Positions 1 through 9,100 of a stretch of DNA of 64,000 nucleotides are shown here, piece after piece (positions within the stretch are counted from its first letter, which is position 1; every line of letters starts with the position of its first letter). This DNA comes from an uncultured Gammaproteobacteria bacterium (GTDB taxonomy: Bacteria > Patescibacteriota > Microgenomatia > JALYQM01): assembly GCA_964403585.1 (NCBI GenBank), contig CAYOFQ010000001.1:1152826-1216825 (forward strand). Reading direction: 5' to 3'. The translations under genes and the position numbers were made by a program. Under the pieces are notes generated by a model that saw only the letters and a program-made list of their open reading frames with translations, had not been told where the DNA came from and ran no database searches.

Positions 1-239
1 CGGTCGTGGGATTCGGCTGTTGCTTCTCCACCCTTGCGACGATCGTCATCAGTTAGTTGATGGGCATTTCCACTTGCTTGTGCTGCCTGACCACCCTGGC
101 TGGCGATCTCCTGAACCTGATCTTTAGGCATACTTGCAAAACCCTGACCATTATTCTGCTGTCGATTGTCGTCTGAGTTTTGTGCTGACTTACGGTTATC
201 ATCCTGTTGTTTGTTGTTTGAAGAATTGTTTGCCATTAT
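1..239 (-). CDS. KGG-repeat stress-induced protein (YciG/GsiB-like); start codon at 239, 3' end cut by window edge
   Basis: Reverse-strand ATG at 239; product MANNSSNNKQQDDNRKSAQNSDDNRQQNNGQGFASMPKDQ...RRKGGEAT is hydrophilic and N/Q/D/G/K-rich with a KGG motif; paralogous to the next ORF. Confidence 0.5.
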   Translation of the reverse strand, partial: MMANNSSNNKQQDDNRKSAQNSDDNRQQNNGQGFASMPKDQVQEIASQGGQAAQASGNAHQLTDDDRRKGGEATAESHD

Positions 240-281
240 GCACCTCCCTTAATAGTTATTGAATACTATTTACTAATTAAG

Positions 282-563
282 TTATTTATCATTATCTGAG
301 GAACGTCCTCCACCATGGGAGTTCTGGCCACCAATTTTGCCAGCCCTGCTTGCTTCTTCTGAAGTAAATTCATGAGCGCCTTTTTCATGAGCAAGTGAGC
401 CCATTTCTTCATAACTCATTGCTTCACCGCGATCTGCCATCTTTGCTCGCTCTTCACCGCCCTTTTTACCAATTTCAGAACGGGTCCGGGAATCTAAATT
501 ATCCTGATGACGTTTATCATCTGAATTCTGCGCAGTATTCTGATTCTTAGTATTGCTTGCCAT
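282..563 (-). CDS. KGG-repeat general stress protein (YciG/GsiB/Con-10-like)
   Basis: 93 aa, low complexity, motifs GKKGGEERAK and GGQNSHGGG; typical small hydrophilic stress protein. Confidence 0.55.
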   Translation of the reverse strand: MASNTKNQNTAQNSDDKRHQDNLDSRTRSEIGKKGGEERAKMADRGEAMSYEEMGSLAHEKGAHEFTSEEASRAGKIGGQNSHGGGRSSDNDK

Positions 564-702
564 ACGGCACCTCCTATAAGAATTAAAGAAATAATAGTAT
601 CATTAATACTAACAATTAATGATACATCAATAATATCACATTTGAGGTACCATGTAAACCTGCCACTATAAATGCCTTAACAAATTTGATATAGCAGAGT
701 GT

Positions 703-1056
703 CTAAAGAAGAGATCTTACTAGAGATAAAAGTTCATCAATATCGAACGGCTTAGCTAAATACCGGGTGGCACCCGACTGAGAAGCAATCTTCTCCAAAT
801 CACGGTTCGCCGAGATCATTACTACCGGGATAGCTTTCAGAGAATCATGCGATTTTATATAAGTAACAAGTTCCGCACCATTATGTCCGGATAACCAGAT
901 ATCCAATAGAATTAAATTAGGATACGGTGGTTGCAGATGATACACCGAATCGCCACTCATTGAGCTATGAACTTTATAGCCTTCGTCTTCTAATATTACG
1001 CTTATAGCTTCAACAATAGCGGGATCATCATCCACAACAAGAATAGAGTGAGACAT
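703..1056 (-). CDS. single-domain response regulator (CheY-like receiver)
   Basis: ILVVDDDPAIVE...LILLDIWLSGHNG...AKPFDIDEL = REC domain with acidic pocket, phospho-acceptor Asp and conserved Lys; no output domain. The MSHSILVV start at 1056 is preferred over the ORF-track start at 1098. Confidence 0.8.
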   Translation of the reverse strand: MSHSILVVDDDPAIVEAISVILEDEGYKVHSSMSGDSVYHLQPPYPNLILLDIWLSGHNGAELVTYIKSHDSLKAIPVVMISANRDLEKIASQSGATRYLAKPFDIDELLSLVRSLL

Positions 1057-1119
1057 ACTTATAGCATTACTATACAAACTATACCATGTCTTACACAATA
1101 GTTTAATAGGAAAAGCGCC

Positions 1120-1701
1120 TTATTCTTCCATATATTCTTCTTCTGTAGGCGATATTGCTTCAGATTTCGGAATTTGAAAACAAACATCAGTTATTTCGTT
1201 CTTGCTCGTAAAAGTAACCTGTTCTGTATTGAGATAGTAGTCAAGGTGAACAGAATATTTTTGCGATAACTTTGGTGCGTAGGTCGCATCAACTTGCGTT
1301 ATACCATCAACTGTAAACCATTGCGTTTCCCATTTTTTCATCAGCATATTATCATTCATATTACGATGCATAACACATTCAGTCGGATACAACGACGGTG
1401 AAAGCGGAAGCTGCAGCGCAATAGAGTTACTCACTTTATCCACCAATAATAATCGTTCAGGTATTTGCGTAAACTCTCCATGAGTTTGAACGTTTAATTT
1501 AAATTGCGGTCTATCTGAATTCATATTCACCGTTTCCAGTATTTCCACATCTTCAAGCTGTTTCTCCTCCGACGGGTTAGAAGCTAAAATAGTATCCAAT
1601 GAATTACCTTTAGTACGCTGAATCACTAAAGGAATCGCAATTATCAGCAAAATGAAAATCACTGTAAACAGGATAATCTTATTTTGACGGGTATTTTTCA
1701 T
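1120..1701 (-). CDS. membrane-anchored hypothetical protein
   Basis: N-terminal hydrophobic helix IILFTVIFILLIIAIPLVI; no recognisable motif; same operon as the REC gene and the upstream secreted protein. Confidence 0.4.
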   Translation of the reverse strand: MKNTRQNKIILFTVIFILLIIAIPLVIQRTKGNSLDTILASNPSEEKQLEDVEILETVNMNSDRPQFKLNVQTHGEFTQIPERLLLVDKVSNSIALQLPLSPSLYPTECVMHRNMNDNMLMKKWETQWFTVDGITQVDATYAPKLSQKYSVHLDYYLNTEQVTFTSKNEITDVCFQIPKSEAISPTEEEYMEE

Positions 1702-1710
1702 TTTCCAACC

Positions 1711-3300
1711 TTAGTTCTGTACATTATATTTAACCGCAACACCGGATGCTGACACATATTTGCTTGTACCTTCCATGTTGATAAAGAGCAAACTATGGAC
1801 ACCATTCGTAGTTTTAGTTGTATCCCAGGTTAAATTCCCGTTGAAGTGGGCATTTGTCTCCATTAAAGTGGTTCCCGTTTGCGTACCTTCAACGCGGACA
1901 TGTTGAGATGGATCAAGGAATACAAAGGTTTTAAATTGGTCACCACAACCACCGTTACTTTCAAACGGAATAGTGATAGTTCCTTTTACCGTTGGAATCG
2001 GTTCGCTCCCTTTCATATATTTATCAGCATTTTTAAGAATAAGGCGTTGATACGTACCACAGGTGCCAATCCAGTAGCGGGATGTAAGTTCGGATGAGCT
2101 CCGATATCCGATTCCTGTTTGCCAGTTTGAAGACAGGAAATGCCGCTGACCATCTAGTCCATCAAAATCGGCATTCGGGGTATACCGCATTTCTGTCGCT
2201 TTGCTGAAGTCTCCTGCACGCACCGTATGAATGTTTTCCGTTTTACATTCTTTACCCTCATACTTAGTACTTTGACAGGGAGCCATATTCATGGTGAACT
2301 GCTCATAAGTGCTACCCTGATTCTGCGAACGATACCACGCTGAGTTCTTGCTGCTGAACGGAATAATCGAGTTATACCGGACAAAGGTACAGGATATTTT
2401 CATTGCTTCCTTCAAAAATTGCCCGTTAGCTCGTACCGCGGGAACATTACATTCATAATGCTGGTGTAACAGCCGGGGAGTATAGTTCACATTCATCGTT
2501 TGTGCGGATGCCGGCACATTATCAAACCAGGATTGATAGGATACCGGCATACAACCGGCACTCGCATTTGGGAACCGTCCACAGGGAAGGTCACCGGAAA
2601 CCGGGGGTAGAGTCGGATTTGTAGTCTGCGTTGGATTTACCGTAGGAGTTGGAGTTGCTGTTGAGCTCCCGCTCGGAACAAATATCACCAGATACATTGA
2701 ATAGGCATTACCAGGAACATCTGCAGCCGGACCCATTTGATACGTCCCGGCGGATACCTGTCGCTTATAGATATCATATAAACCGATTAACCCCTGCTCA
2801 TTTTTACGCAATAGATATTGATTGACATTGGATTGATTGTCGTCGGTCTGACGGGTGTATTGAGAGGTTATCCACGAAGCTGCTGATGACTGCAGAACAT
2901 GTCGCGTCGCAATAAATAACGTTCCCGGCTGATTAAGGGTAACACTCCAGCTCAAATTGGGATTGTCCTTTATTTCTGCGTTCGGAGTTTGGATATACGT
3001 ACCACCTTGCATAGCCGGATCGAGTCTAAAAAAAGTATACCGGGAGTCAGTACCGTAAATTTGTCCGTTTATGTTCAGACATTGTTTGCTGAACGTATAC
3101 CCGCCAAAACTTGTTACGGAAGCGATATCGGCCGGACAGGAAGCGGCTTGAGTGAGGTCGGTTCTTTGAAATACTCCCCGGGCACCGCTAAACACCAATA
3201 AGACAACCACAAAAACGAGCACTACTACAATAGCAGGCAAAAACAGAAGGGTACTAGAAGTTCGCTTCTTAATCATAAACAACCTCGTGATCAAAATCAC
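1711..3300 (-). CDS. membrane-anchored/secreted protein: N-terminal novel domain, T/P-rich linker, Cys-rich C-terminal domain
   Basis: Signal-anchor LLFLPAIVVVLVFVVVLLVF; TATPTPTVNPTQTTNPT linker; the N-terminal roughly 155 aa are paralogous to the C-terminus of the 28721..30670 product. Confidence 0.5.
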   Translation of the reverse strand: MILITRLFMIKKRTSSTLLFLPAIVVVLVFVVVLLVFSGARGVFQRTDLTQAASCPADIASVTSFGGYTFSKQCLNINGQIYGTDSRYTFFRLDPAMQGGTYIQTPNAEIKDNPNLSWSVTLNQPGTLFIATRHVLQSSAASWITSQYTRQTDDNQSNVNQYLLRKNEQGLIGLYDIYKRQVSAGTYQMGPAADVPGNAYSMYLVIFVPSGSSTATPTPTVNPTQTTNPTLPPVSGDLPCGRFPNASAGCMPVSYQSWFDNVPASAQTMNVNYTPRLLHQHYECNVPAVRANGQFLKEAMKISCTFVRYNSIIPFSSKNSAWYRSQNQGSTYEQFTMNMAPCQSTKYEGKECKTENIHTVRAGDFSKATEMRYTPNADFDGLDGQRHFLSSNWQTGIGYRSSSELTSRYWIGTCGTYQRLILKNADKYMKGSEPIPTVKGTITIPFESNGGCGDQFKTFVFLDPSQHVRVEGTQTGTTLMETNAHFNGNLTWDTTKTTNGVHSLLFINMEGTSKYVSASGVAVKYNVQN

Positions 3301-3395
3301 ATTACTTACTATAGCGTAGAATTTACAACTGAAAATTGCAACAGTCAGCTACCCTACCTTTATTCTCCACCCAAACAAAGGTATAATAGCATAAT

Positions 3396-4310
3396 ATGAG
3401 CGAAAATGTGCTTGAAGTCAAAAATCTGGTCAAGGACTATAAAGGGTATCGTGCGGTAAACGATATCTCCTTTAAAGTACCCAAGGGGAAAGTCGTCGGA
3501 TTTTTGGGACCAAATGGCGCCGGAAAAACAACAACCATTCAAATCCTTATCGGCATTACGAAAGAAACTTCAGGTACCATCAGCTACTTTGGATTACCAT
3601 TTTCAAAAAATAGGGAAACAGTTCTGGGCCGGGTTAATTACACGTCTGCATTTAACACATTATTGGGAAGAATTTCCGTTATTGAAAATCTCCTGGTTTA
3701 CGCAAACCTGTATGGAGTAACCAATCCTCGCAACAGAGTAAATGAACTTATTTCCTTTTTTGATCTTGAAGAGCAACGGAATGAAGTATATTGGAATCTC
3801 TCGGCCGGACAAAAAACACGGGTAAATCTGGTCAAATCGCTACTCAATGATCCGGAACTTATCCTGATGGATGAACCCACAGCTTCACTGGACCCTGATG
3901 TTGCCGACAAAACACTCTCCCTTATTGAAGAACTGCGCGATCAACGTCAGATTTCCATCTTATATACAAGTCATAACATGAATGAAATTACCCGAATTTG
4001 TGATGAAGTAATTTTCCTCGATAAGGGTAAAATTGTGGCTCAGGATACTCCTCTTAACTTAACCAAACGCATCGATAGATCTATTTTGATTCTATATGTC
4101 GGTAATATCGAACAAAGTCATACAATCCTAAGGGAGAACAATCTCGAATATAAGAGTGAGCATAACCGTCTTGAGATCCCCACCCGCGAAGAAAAAATAG
4201 CACCTCTAATAATTGAACTGGGAAATAAAGGGCTGGATATTCGTGACCTGGAGATAGTAAAACCGAATCTTGAGGATGTATTTTTACAAATAGCCAGAGG
4301 AACAGAATAA
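3396..4310 (+). CDS. ABC transporter ATP-binding protein (ABC-2 exporter type)
   Basis: Walker A GPNGAGKTT, signature LSAGQKTRV, Walker B ILMDEPTASLD. Confidence 0.9.
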   Translation: MSENVLEVKNLVKDYKGYRAVNDISFKVPKGKVVGFLGPNGAGKTTTIQILIGITKETSGTISYFGLPFSKNRETVLGRVNYTSAFNTLLGRISVIENLLVYANLYGVTNPRNRVNELISFFDLEEQRNEVYWNLSAGQKTRVNLVKSLLNDPELILMDEPTASLDPDVADKTLSLIEELRDQRQISILYTSHNMNEITRICDEVIFLDKGKIVAQDTPLNLTKRIDRSILILYVGNIEQSHTILRENNLEYKSEHNRLEIPTREEKIAPLIIELGNKGLDIRDLEIVKPNLEDVFLQIARGTE

Positions 4311-4312
4311 GT

Positions 4313-5101
4313 ATGAACATACAACGGATTAAAGGGGTATTTCTTCAGGAATTGTATATCACCAAACGATCAGTAGAGACATTTTTTGATATTGTCATTA
4401 TGCCGATACTAAGCATTATTGTATTTGGATTTTTAGCCACCTATCTATCTGGCGCCGGCAATAAAGCTGCTTCAGATTATGTCATGATGGGTATGTTGTT
4501 ATGGCAAACACTTTTTGTCATGCAATACAGTGTAACGGTACCAAGCTTGTGGAATGTCTGGTCCCGCAACTTGAGCAATATGTTTGTAACTCCACTTAAC
4601 TTAAAAGAATATATCATTGCCCATACTATCACCGGAGCTCTTAAAGCAATAGTAATCTTCGTAATTAGTTCCATAGCCGTATATTTCGCGTTTGGTTTTA
4701 ATATTCTCACGCTCGGCTTACTCCCGTTGATGGTACTACTTATTAATTTAGGATTATTTGGTGTGGCCTTGGGAATTATTTTACTTGGATTCATTTTCCG
4801 GTTCGGCACTAAAATTCAGGCACTTGCGTGGGGTTTCATATCAATATTACAGCCCCTGGTCGCCGCATTTTATCCGGTCGAAACCCTCCCTCATTCCCTG
4901 CAATATATTTCCATGGCCTTACCCCCCACCTATATTTTTGAAGGAGCTCGAGCTTTATTAACCGGCAAGGAATCTGCATACCAGGATTTCCTTATTGCCG
5001 CAGGGCTCTCCATAATCTACCTGGCAATTTCCATGCAAGTATTCAAAATTTTATTCGAATCATCCAAAAAAACCGGTCAGTTTGCGCGAAATGAAGGATG
5101 A
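4313..5101 (+). CDS. ABC-2 family transporter permease
   Basis: Six predicted TM helices; start 2 nt after the ATPase stop. Confidence 0.7.
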   Translation: MNIQRIKGVFLQELYITKRSVETFFDIVIMPILSIIVFGFLATYLSGAGNKAASDYVMMGMLLWQTLFVMQYSVTVPSLWNVWSRNLSNMFVTPLNLKEYIIAHTITGALKAIVIFVISSIAVYFAFGFNILTLGLLPLMVLLINLGLFGVALGIILLGFIFRFGTKIQALAWGFISILQPLVAAFYPVETLPHSLQYISMALPPTYIFEGARALLTGKESAYQDFLIAAGLSIIYLAISMQVFKILFESSKKTGQFARNEG

Positions 5102-5108
5102 AAGTTAG

Positions 5109-5819
5109 TTAACTAACGCGTCGATAATGCTCCCAGGGCATCGCAGTTAGCCGGGCCCTCCAATCCAGTATCCCGCCTTCAAAACTCCCCCACTGTTTAG
5201 CCAGATCCTGACTGCGATGCGCAGCAATTGCAGCGAGTTGTCTTTCAATCGCTTCGCTGGTTAAGTCCAGACGGTGTGTTGGAACAGGCATGTGCGCTTC
5301 CCGCTCAACCGGTACAGCCGGCCGGAACTGTTCCTTTATATACGTTGCCTGTAATAAATCGACTGTTCTTCGCTCAGCATATTCTGCCAAAGCACGCCCG
5401 CTCACCCGATGGTCCAAGTGCCCGGTTATTCCCACCACCGGATCAAACCCCACCACTAGACCTGGATCAATTGTCTGTATTCTTCTGTATAATTTAGGTT
5501 TCCAGTAAAATTCGGTCTCAACAAGTTTACCGTCACCAAAATCCTCTTGAATCAGGTCATGTACATTAAGAATATCAGCAGCCGCCTGCATTTCACTGAC
5601 TCGAATTCCGGGATACCGGTCATCAAGTTCAGGAGCAAAGTTTGTTCCTCCTTCACCTTTATTTAAAACAATTAAGGTAGTACGCCATCCTAGTAACGAC
5701 GACAGATACAGCAACCCGGGCCAGATTGCAGTTTCATCGTCAGGATGAGCCGCTACAGCGACTAATTTTTTATTGCGTTTACTTTCAAGCAAATCTTCAA
5801 TTCTCTGTAGTTTTTCCAT
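5109..5819 (-). CDS. PIG-L/LmbE family N-acetylglucosaminyl deacetylase
   Basis: AHPDDETAIWPG (HPDDE zinc motif) and later HxDH. The internal Met at 5819 is preferred because a hairpin plus T-run (5830..5856) lies inside the longer ORF-track start at 5864. Confidence 0.75.
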   Translation of the reverse strand: MEKLQRIEDLLESKRNKKLVAVAAHPDDETAIWPGLLYLSSLLGWRTTLIVLNKGEGGTNFAPELDDRYPGIRVSEMQAAADILNVHDLIQEDFGDGKLVETEFYWKPKLYRRIQTIDPGLVVGFDPVVGITGHLDHRVSGRALAEYAERRTVDLLQATYIKEQFRPAVPVEREAHMPVPTHRLDLTSEAIERQLAAIAAHRSQDLAKQWGSFEGGILDWRARLTAMPWEHYRRVS

Positions 5820-5829
5820 ATTCTTTCCA

Positions 5830-5856
5830 TAAAAAAACCCCGAATATTTCGGGGTC
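5830..5856 (-). terminator. rho-independent terminator (GACCCCGAAATATTCGGGGT + T7 on minus strand)
   Basis: Stem CCCCGAA/TTCGGGG followed by TTTTTTT on the minus strand, downstream of the 88-aa Zn-ribbon ORF. Confidence 0.55.
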
Positions 5857-5984
5857 AACGCCAACGCACTTCTTTTGTTAGAAAGAAGCTACCTTGGCGT
5901 TATGAGACAGCAAACTATAACTAATTTCATGTTATGAAAAAGATAATACTACAGAAAGTATAGTAAGTACAATAAGTAAAATTG

Positions 5985-6251
5985 TTACCACTTCGGCTTG
6001 TAGTATACGCCCATTCCTGAGCCTATATTCTTAAAAGGATGAGCATAGAGCCGCCCGTCGGCAGTGAAATGCCATTCCAGTTGGCACCAGATACAATGCG
6101 CGTGGGCTTTGTTGCCCTGCTCGCCTTTTTTCATAAAATTGGGATTTACAAAGCGAAGTCGGGCACCACAATCGCATAACTTATATACGTATTTAACACC
6201 GGATTTATTTTTTTTCTTTTTCCAATGGCGCATACTAAGTACTAAAAACAT
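5985..6251 (-). CDS. small Cys-containing (CxC...CxxC zinc-ribbon-like) hypothetical protein
   Basis: KLCDCG...HCIWCQ cysteine pairs; basic N-terminus. Confidence 0.35.
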   Translation of the reverse strand: MFLVLSMRHWKKKKNKSGVKYVYKLCDCGARLRFVNPNFMKKGEQGNKAHAHCIWCQLEWHFTADGRLYAHPFKNIGSGMGVYYKPKW

Positions 6252-6290
6252 TATAACATTAGTATACGAAACAGAACAATAACAAGATCT

Positions 6291-6452
6291 TTATTTAAAA
6301 TATTTTCGCATTAACAGTAAGGCAATACCAGCAAGGATAAGCAGTATTCCTAATAAACTTATTCCATTCCCGGAAATTTCGACGAATATAAGAGCCAGTA
6401 CTCCTGATCCGATTAAGGCTCTCGCATATTGGTCATAATCAATTTTAATCAT
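6291..6452 (-). CDS. small hydrophobic membrane protein (53 aa; below the ORF-track cutoff)
   Basis: MIKIDYDQYARALIGSGVLALIFVEISGNGISLLGILLILAGIALLLMRKYFK; GGGGA Shine-Dalgarno-like sequence 5 nt upstream. Confidence 0.3.
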   Translation of the reverse strand: MIKIDYDQYARALIGSGVLALIFVEISGNGISLLGILLILAGIALLLMRKYFK

Positions 6453-6462
6453 AGTGTCCCCG

Positions 6463-7050
6463 TTAACTAACTAAATGTGAAATATCGTCAAACGATTGCA
6501 CAGAAAACGTCTGCCCGTCAAAACCTATCTTTGATATTGAACACTCATGAATTCCTTCCATTAAGCGTGTACCCAATATTTGTTTATGTTCAGGAGACAA
6601 TAATGTTAGAAAATCCCGAATTGTACCACCATGAGTTACTGCTACAATATGATAATCATTTCCGGGCTCGGCAACCTCACGCATAAATTCTTCCAGCAGT
6701 GTTGCCGTTTGATGTACCGATTTACCCCCTTTCGGAACGTAATCAGGGTTATCAGTCGACTTGTTCCATTCTTCTAAGAATGCCGCAAACGATTGTCTGG
6801 CATCATTCCAGTTCATACGCTCACTTAAACGATCTTCCACCTGGGTACGTACATTACATGCAGTCCCAATTATCTCTGCCGTTTCCTGAGCACGAAGGAG
6901 CGGACTACAATAGACAGCGGAAATCGGCAATCTCGACAGAAACTCCCCAGTTTTTTTTGCCTGCGCTCTTCCTGTGTCAGTTAATGATGGATCACCGGAA
7001 TTCGGCCGTTTTTCACCATGTCGAATAAGGTAAAAAGTAGTCATACGCAT
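6463..7050 (-). CDS. histidine phosphatase family protein (phosphoglycerate mutase-like)
   Basis: N-terminal FYLIRHGEK (RHG catalytic motif) and VAVTHGGTIR. Confidence 0.8.
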   Translation of the reverse strand: MRMTTFYLIRHGEKRPNSGDPSLTDTGRAQAKKTGEFLSRLPISAVYCSPLLRAQETAEIIGTACNVRTQVEDRLSERMNWNDARQSFAAFLEEWNKSTDNPDYVPKGGKSVHQTATLLEEFMREVAEPGNDYHIVAVTHGGTIRDFLTLLSPEHKQILGTRLMEGIHECSISKIGFDGQTFSVQSFDDISHLVS

Positions 7051-7068
7051 ATGATATCATTCGCCGAA

Positions 7069-7302
7069 CTATTCCGGACGAGCGTGTTCCCATATCGGTA
7101 AACGTCGGCCAGGAATACCATATCGGGTTAAGAACTGAGGGACTTCAACTCGTCGTACCAGCATCAGGCGTGGTGTATTCTCTGCAACCAGCCGTTTGAG
7201 AGGGAAATACAAAACAGGCACCAGAAACTGCTGCCAGGTTGCATCCCCCACCCAATCGGTATCCAGATCAAAAAATTCGTGAAACGGCAGATCCGGAGTC
7301 AT
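7069..7302 (-). CDS. small hypothetical protein; same frame as the upstream ORF, separated by TGA plus one codon
   Basis: ORF only; in-frame TGA at 7306..7308. Confidence 0.3.
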   Translation of the reverse strand: MTPDLPFHEFFDLDTDWVGDATWQQFLVPVLYFPLKRLVAENTPRLMLVRRVEVPQFLTRYGIPGRRLPIWEHARPE

Positions 7303-7305
7303 ACG

Positions 7306-7557
7306 TCATACTAGCCTGCGAACCGAAAAAGTACCTGATAAACGAGCCAGAACAGCATCAGTTATATCAGAACAATACCCGCCGATTGCTACATCGATAG
7401 GATCCAGACCTTTATTCCGGGAAACAACTGTATAAGCATGCTCAACTGCCGATTCAACAACGGAAATTTGCTGTTGCGAAGCTAAAAATTCTGCCATGGA
7501 GCGCATTATATCAAATAACCGCCCCAACAGCTCTATTATGCAACCAAATAGTTGCAT
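7306..7557 (-). CDS. small hypothetical protein
   Basis: ORF only; weak resemblance to the minimal nucleotidyltransferase hS-x-G...DxD pattern (VVSRNKGLDPIDVAI). Confidence 0.3.
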   Translation of the reverse strand: MQLFGCIIELLGRLFDIMRSMAEFLASQQQISVVESAVEHAYTVVSRNKGLDPIDVAIGGYCSDITDAVLARLSGTFSVRRLV

Positions 7558-7614
7558 AATTCAATATTTCGTATTATACTCCGGATATTACAAATATATT
7601 AAGAAAGAAAAAGC

Positions 7615-8055
7615 ATGCAAAACACTATCGTTCGCGAAATTACAGTTAAAGCGACTAAAGAAAAAGTATTTGGAGCAATCACAGATCCGCAACAGATTGT
7701 GCAATGGTTTCCCGAAGCAATTGAAGGTACGCTAAATGAAGGAGATCGCCCGATCCTCGATTTCGGCGAATACGGCAAGAACCAGATCTATGTTGAAGCA
7801 GTTCACCCATTTAATTACTTCGCCTACCGCTGGATCCCGGGCAGTAATCATTTTATCGGCGATGTGCTGTCTAAACCTAATACGCTGGTGGAATTTCGGC
7901 TTGAGGAATCCGCTGAAGGGACAAAAGTTACGGTAACTGAAAGCGGCTTTGCCTCATTACCAGCTGAAGTTGCCGAACAATGTTTCAAAGACAATTCAGG
8001 TGGATGGGATTATATGATGGGCCGCCTGGAAAAAATGCTGAATGGAGAATCATGA
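7615..8055 (+). CDS. SRPBCC/AHSA1 (activator of Hsp90 ATPase homolog)-like protein
   Basis: Size and pattern typical of the Aha1/SRPBCC family (ITVKATKEKVFGAITDPQQIVQWFP...); co-operonic with an ArsR regulator, a common pairing. Confidence 0.6.
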   Translation: MQNTIVREITVKATKEKVFGAITDPQQIVQWFPEAIEGTLNEGDRPILDFGEYGKNQIYVEAVHPFNYFAYRWIPGSNHFIGDVLSKPNTLVEFRLEESAEGTKVTVTESGFASLPAEVAEQCFKDNSGGWDYMMGRLEKMLNGES

Positions 8056-8360
8056 TTACTTCTGATTTTTTTCGCGCCCTGGGCGATCCTATCCGATTGG
8101 AGATGGTCAAACGACTTTCTGAGGGACCGCCGCACAACTTATCTTCAGTTTCCGAGGGGTTAAAAATTACCCGCCAGGGCGCCAGAAAACACCTGCAGGT
8201 CCTGATCGACTCGCACATCATTACCATTGAAACCAAGGGTAGAGAGACACACATCCGTCTCGACCGTTCCACAATTAAAGAAGGTCAAGCCTTTATAGCT
8301 GAACTGGAAAAACAGTGGGATAACCGACTTGAAGCATTACGCAAATTCGTGGAAAGTTAA
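8052..8360 (+). CDS. ArsR/SmtB-family HTH transcriptional regulator
   Basis: FRALGDPIRLEMVKRLSEG...LSSVSEGLKITRQGARKHLQVL is a winged HTH; ATGA overlap with the upstream stop. The MITSDFF start at 8052 is preferred. Confidence 0.8.
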   Translation: MITSDFFRALGDPIRLEMVKRLSEGPPHNLSSVSEGLKITRQGARKHLQVLIDSHIITIETKGRETHIRLDRSTIKEGQAFIAELEKQWDNRLEALRKFVES

Positions 8361-8415
8361 GTTGTTGCGTTACTTGGACAATATTAGAACCTATTTAGTT
8401 CAAAACAGTTATAAC

Positions 8416-9099
8416 TTATTTGTGAAAAACTATAGATAAAATAATAACTATTAATAAAGCAGGTAGAAAATTTACTACTTTTAACTTCTTAATCTCTAAA
8501 ATATTAATACCTACTCCAACTATAAGTAAACCACCTACAGCAGTTAACTGATTGATAAGAAAAAGACTAAATGCAGCTGAAAAATAATGAGCAATTAAAG
8601 TAAGAATTGTTTGAATAATAATCAAAGGAATAAAAGATAAGAGAACTCCAACACCATAAACTGAAGCTAATGCAATTGAACTAAATCCATCAAAGATAGC
8701 TTTTGTAAACAATAAGCTATAATCTCCCTGAATCCCCTGGTTAATAGATCCTACTATTCCTAATGCTCCAGTACAAAACAAAATAAATGAATTAGCAAAT
8801 CCTATACTAAAAGAATCATTATTGGATTTAAATCTTTTCTTTAAAACTAAAGATAAGGACTCAAGTTTTTTATCAATGTTAAGTAATTCTCCAACTACTC
8901 CACCTAAAACTAAGCTGAGAATAACCGTTAAGATCTCTTCAACTTTTAATGCTCCTCTCATACCAATTAGCAACAAAGAAAGGCCAAGACCTTGAAAAAC
9001 AATAGCCTTAATCTGTTCAGGAATGTTTCTCAAGAACATAATTCCTAAGGTGCTACCAACCAATATAGCTATTGCATTGACAAAAGTACCTAATAACAT
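8416..9099 (-). CDS. DUF554 (YqgA-like) integral membrane protein
   Basis: MLLGTFVNAIAILVGSTLG...QGLGLSLLLIGM...ILSLVLGGVVGELLNID matches the DUF554 N-terminal signature. Confidence 0.7.
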   Translation of the reverse strand: MLLGTFVNAIAILVGSTLGIMFLRNIPEQIKAIVFQGLGLSLLLIGMRGALKVEEILTVILSLVLGGVVGELLNIDKKLESLSLVLKKRFKSNNDSFSIGFANSFILFCTGALGIVGSINQGIQGDYSLLFTKAIFDGFSSIALASVYGVGVLLSFIPLIIIQTILTLIAHYFSAAFSLFLINQLTAVGGLLIVGVGINILEIKKLKVVNFLPALLIVIILSIVFHK

Positions 9100-9100
9100 C

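Noticed and set aside
5820-5864. Longer N-terminus (start at 5864) for the PIG-L deacetylase
   Set aside because: That extension would encode through a strong hairpin plus T-run terminator; the internal Met at 5819 gives a normal-length N-terminus before HPDDE.
7303-7308. Genome-wide UGA recoding (code 25/4)
   Set aside because: Dozens of long uninterrupted genes terminate at TGA and none show internal TGA; the single in-frame TGA is local.
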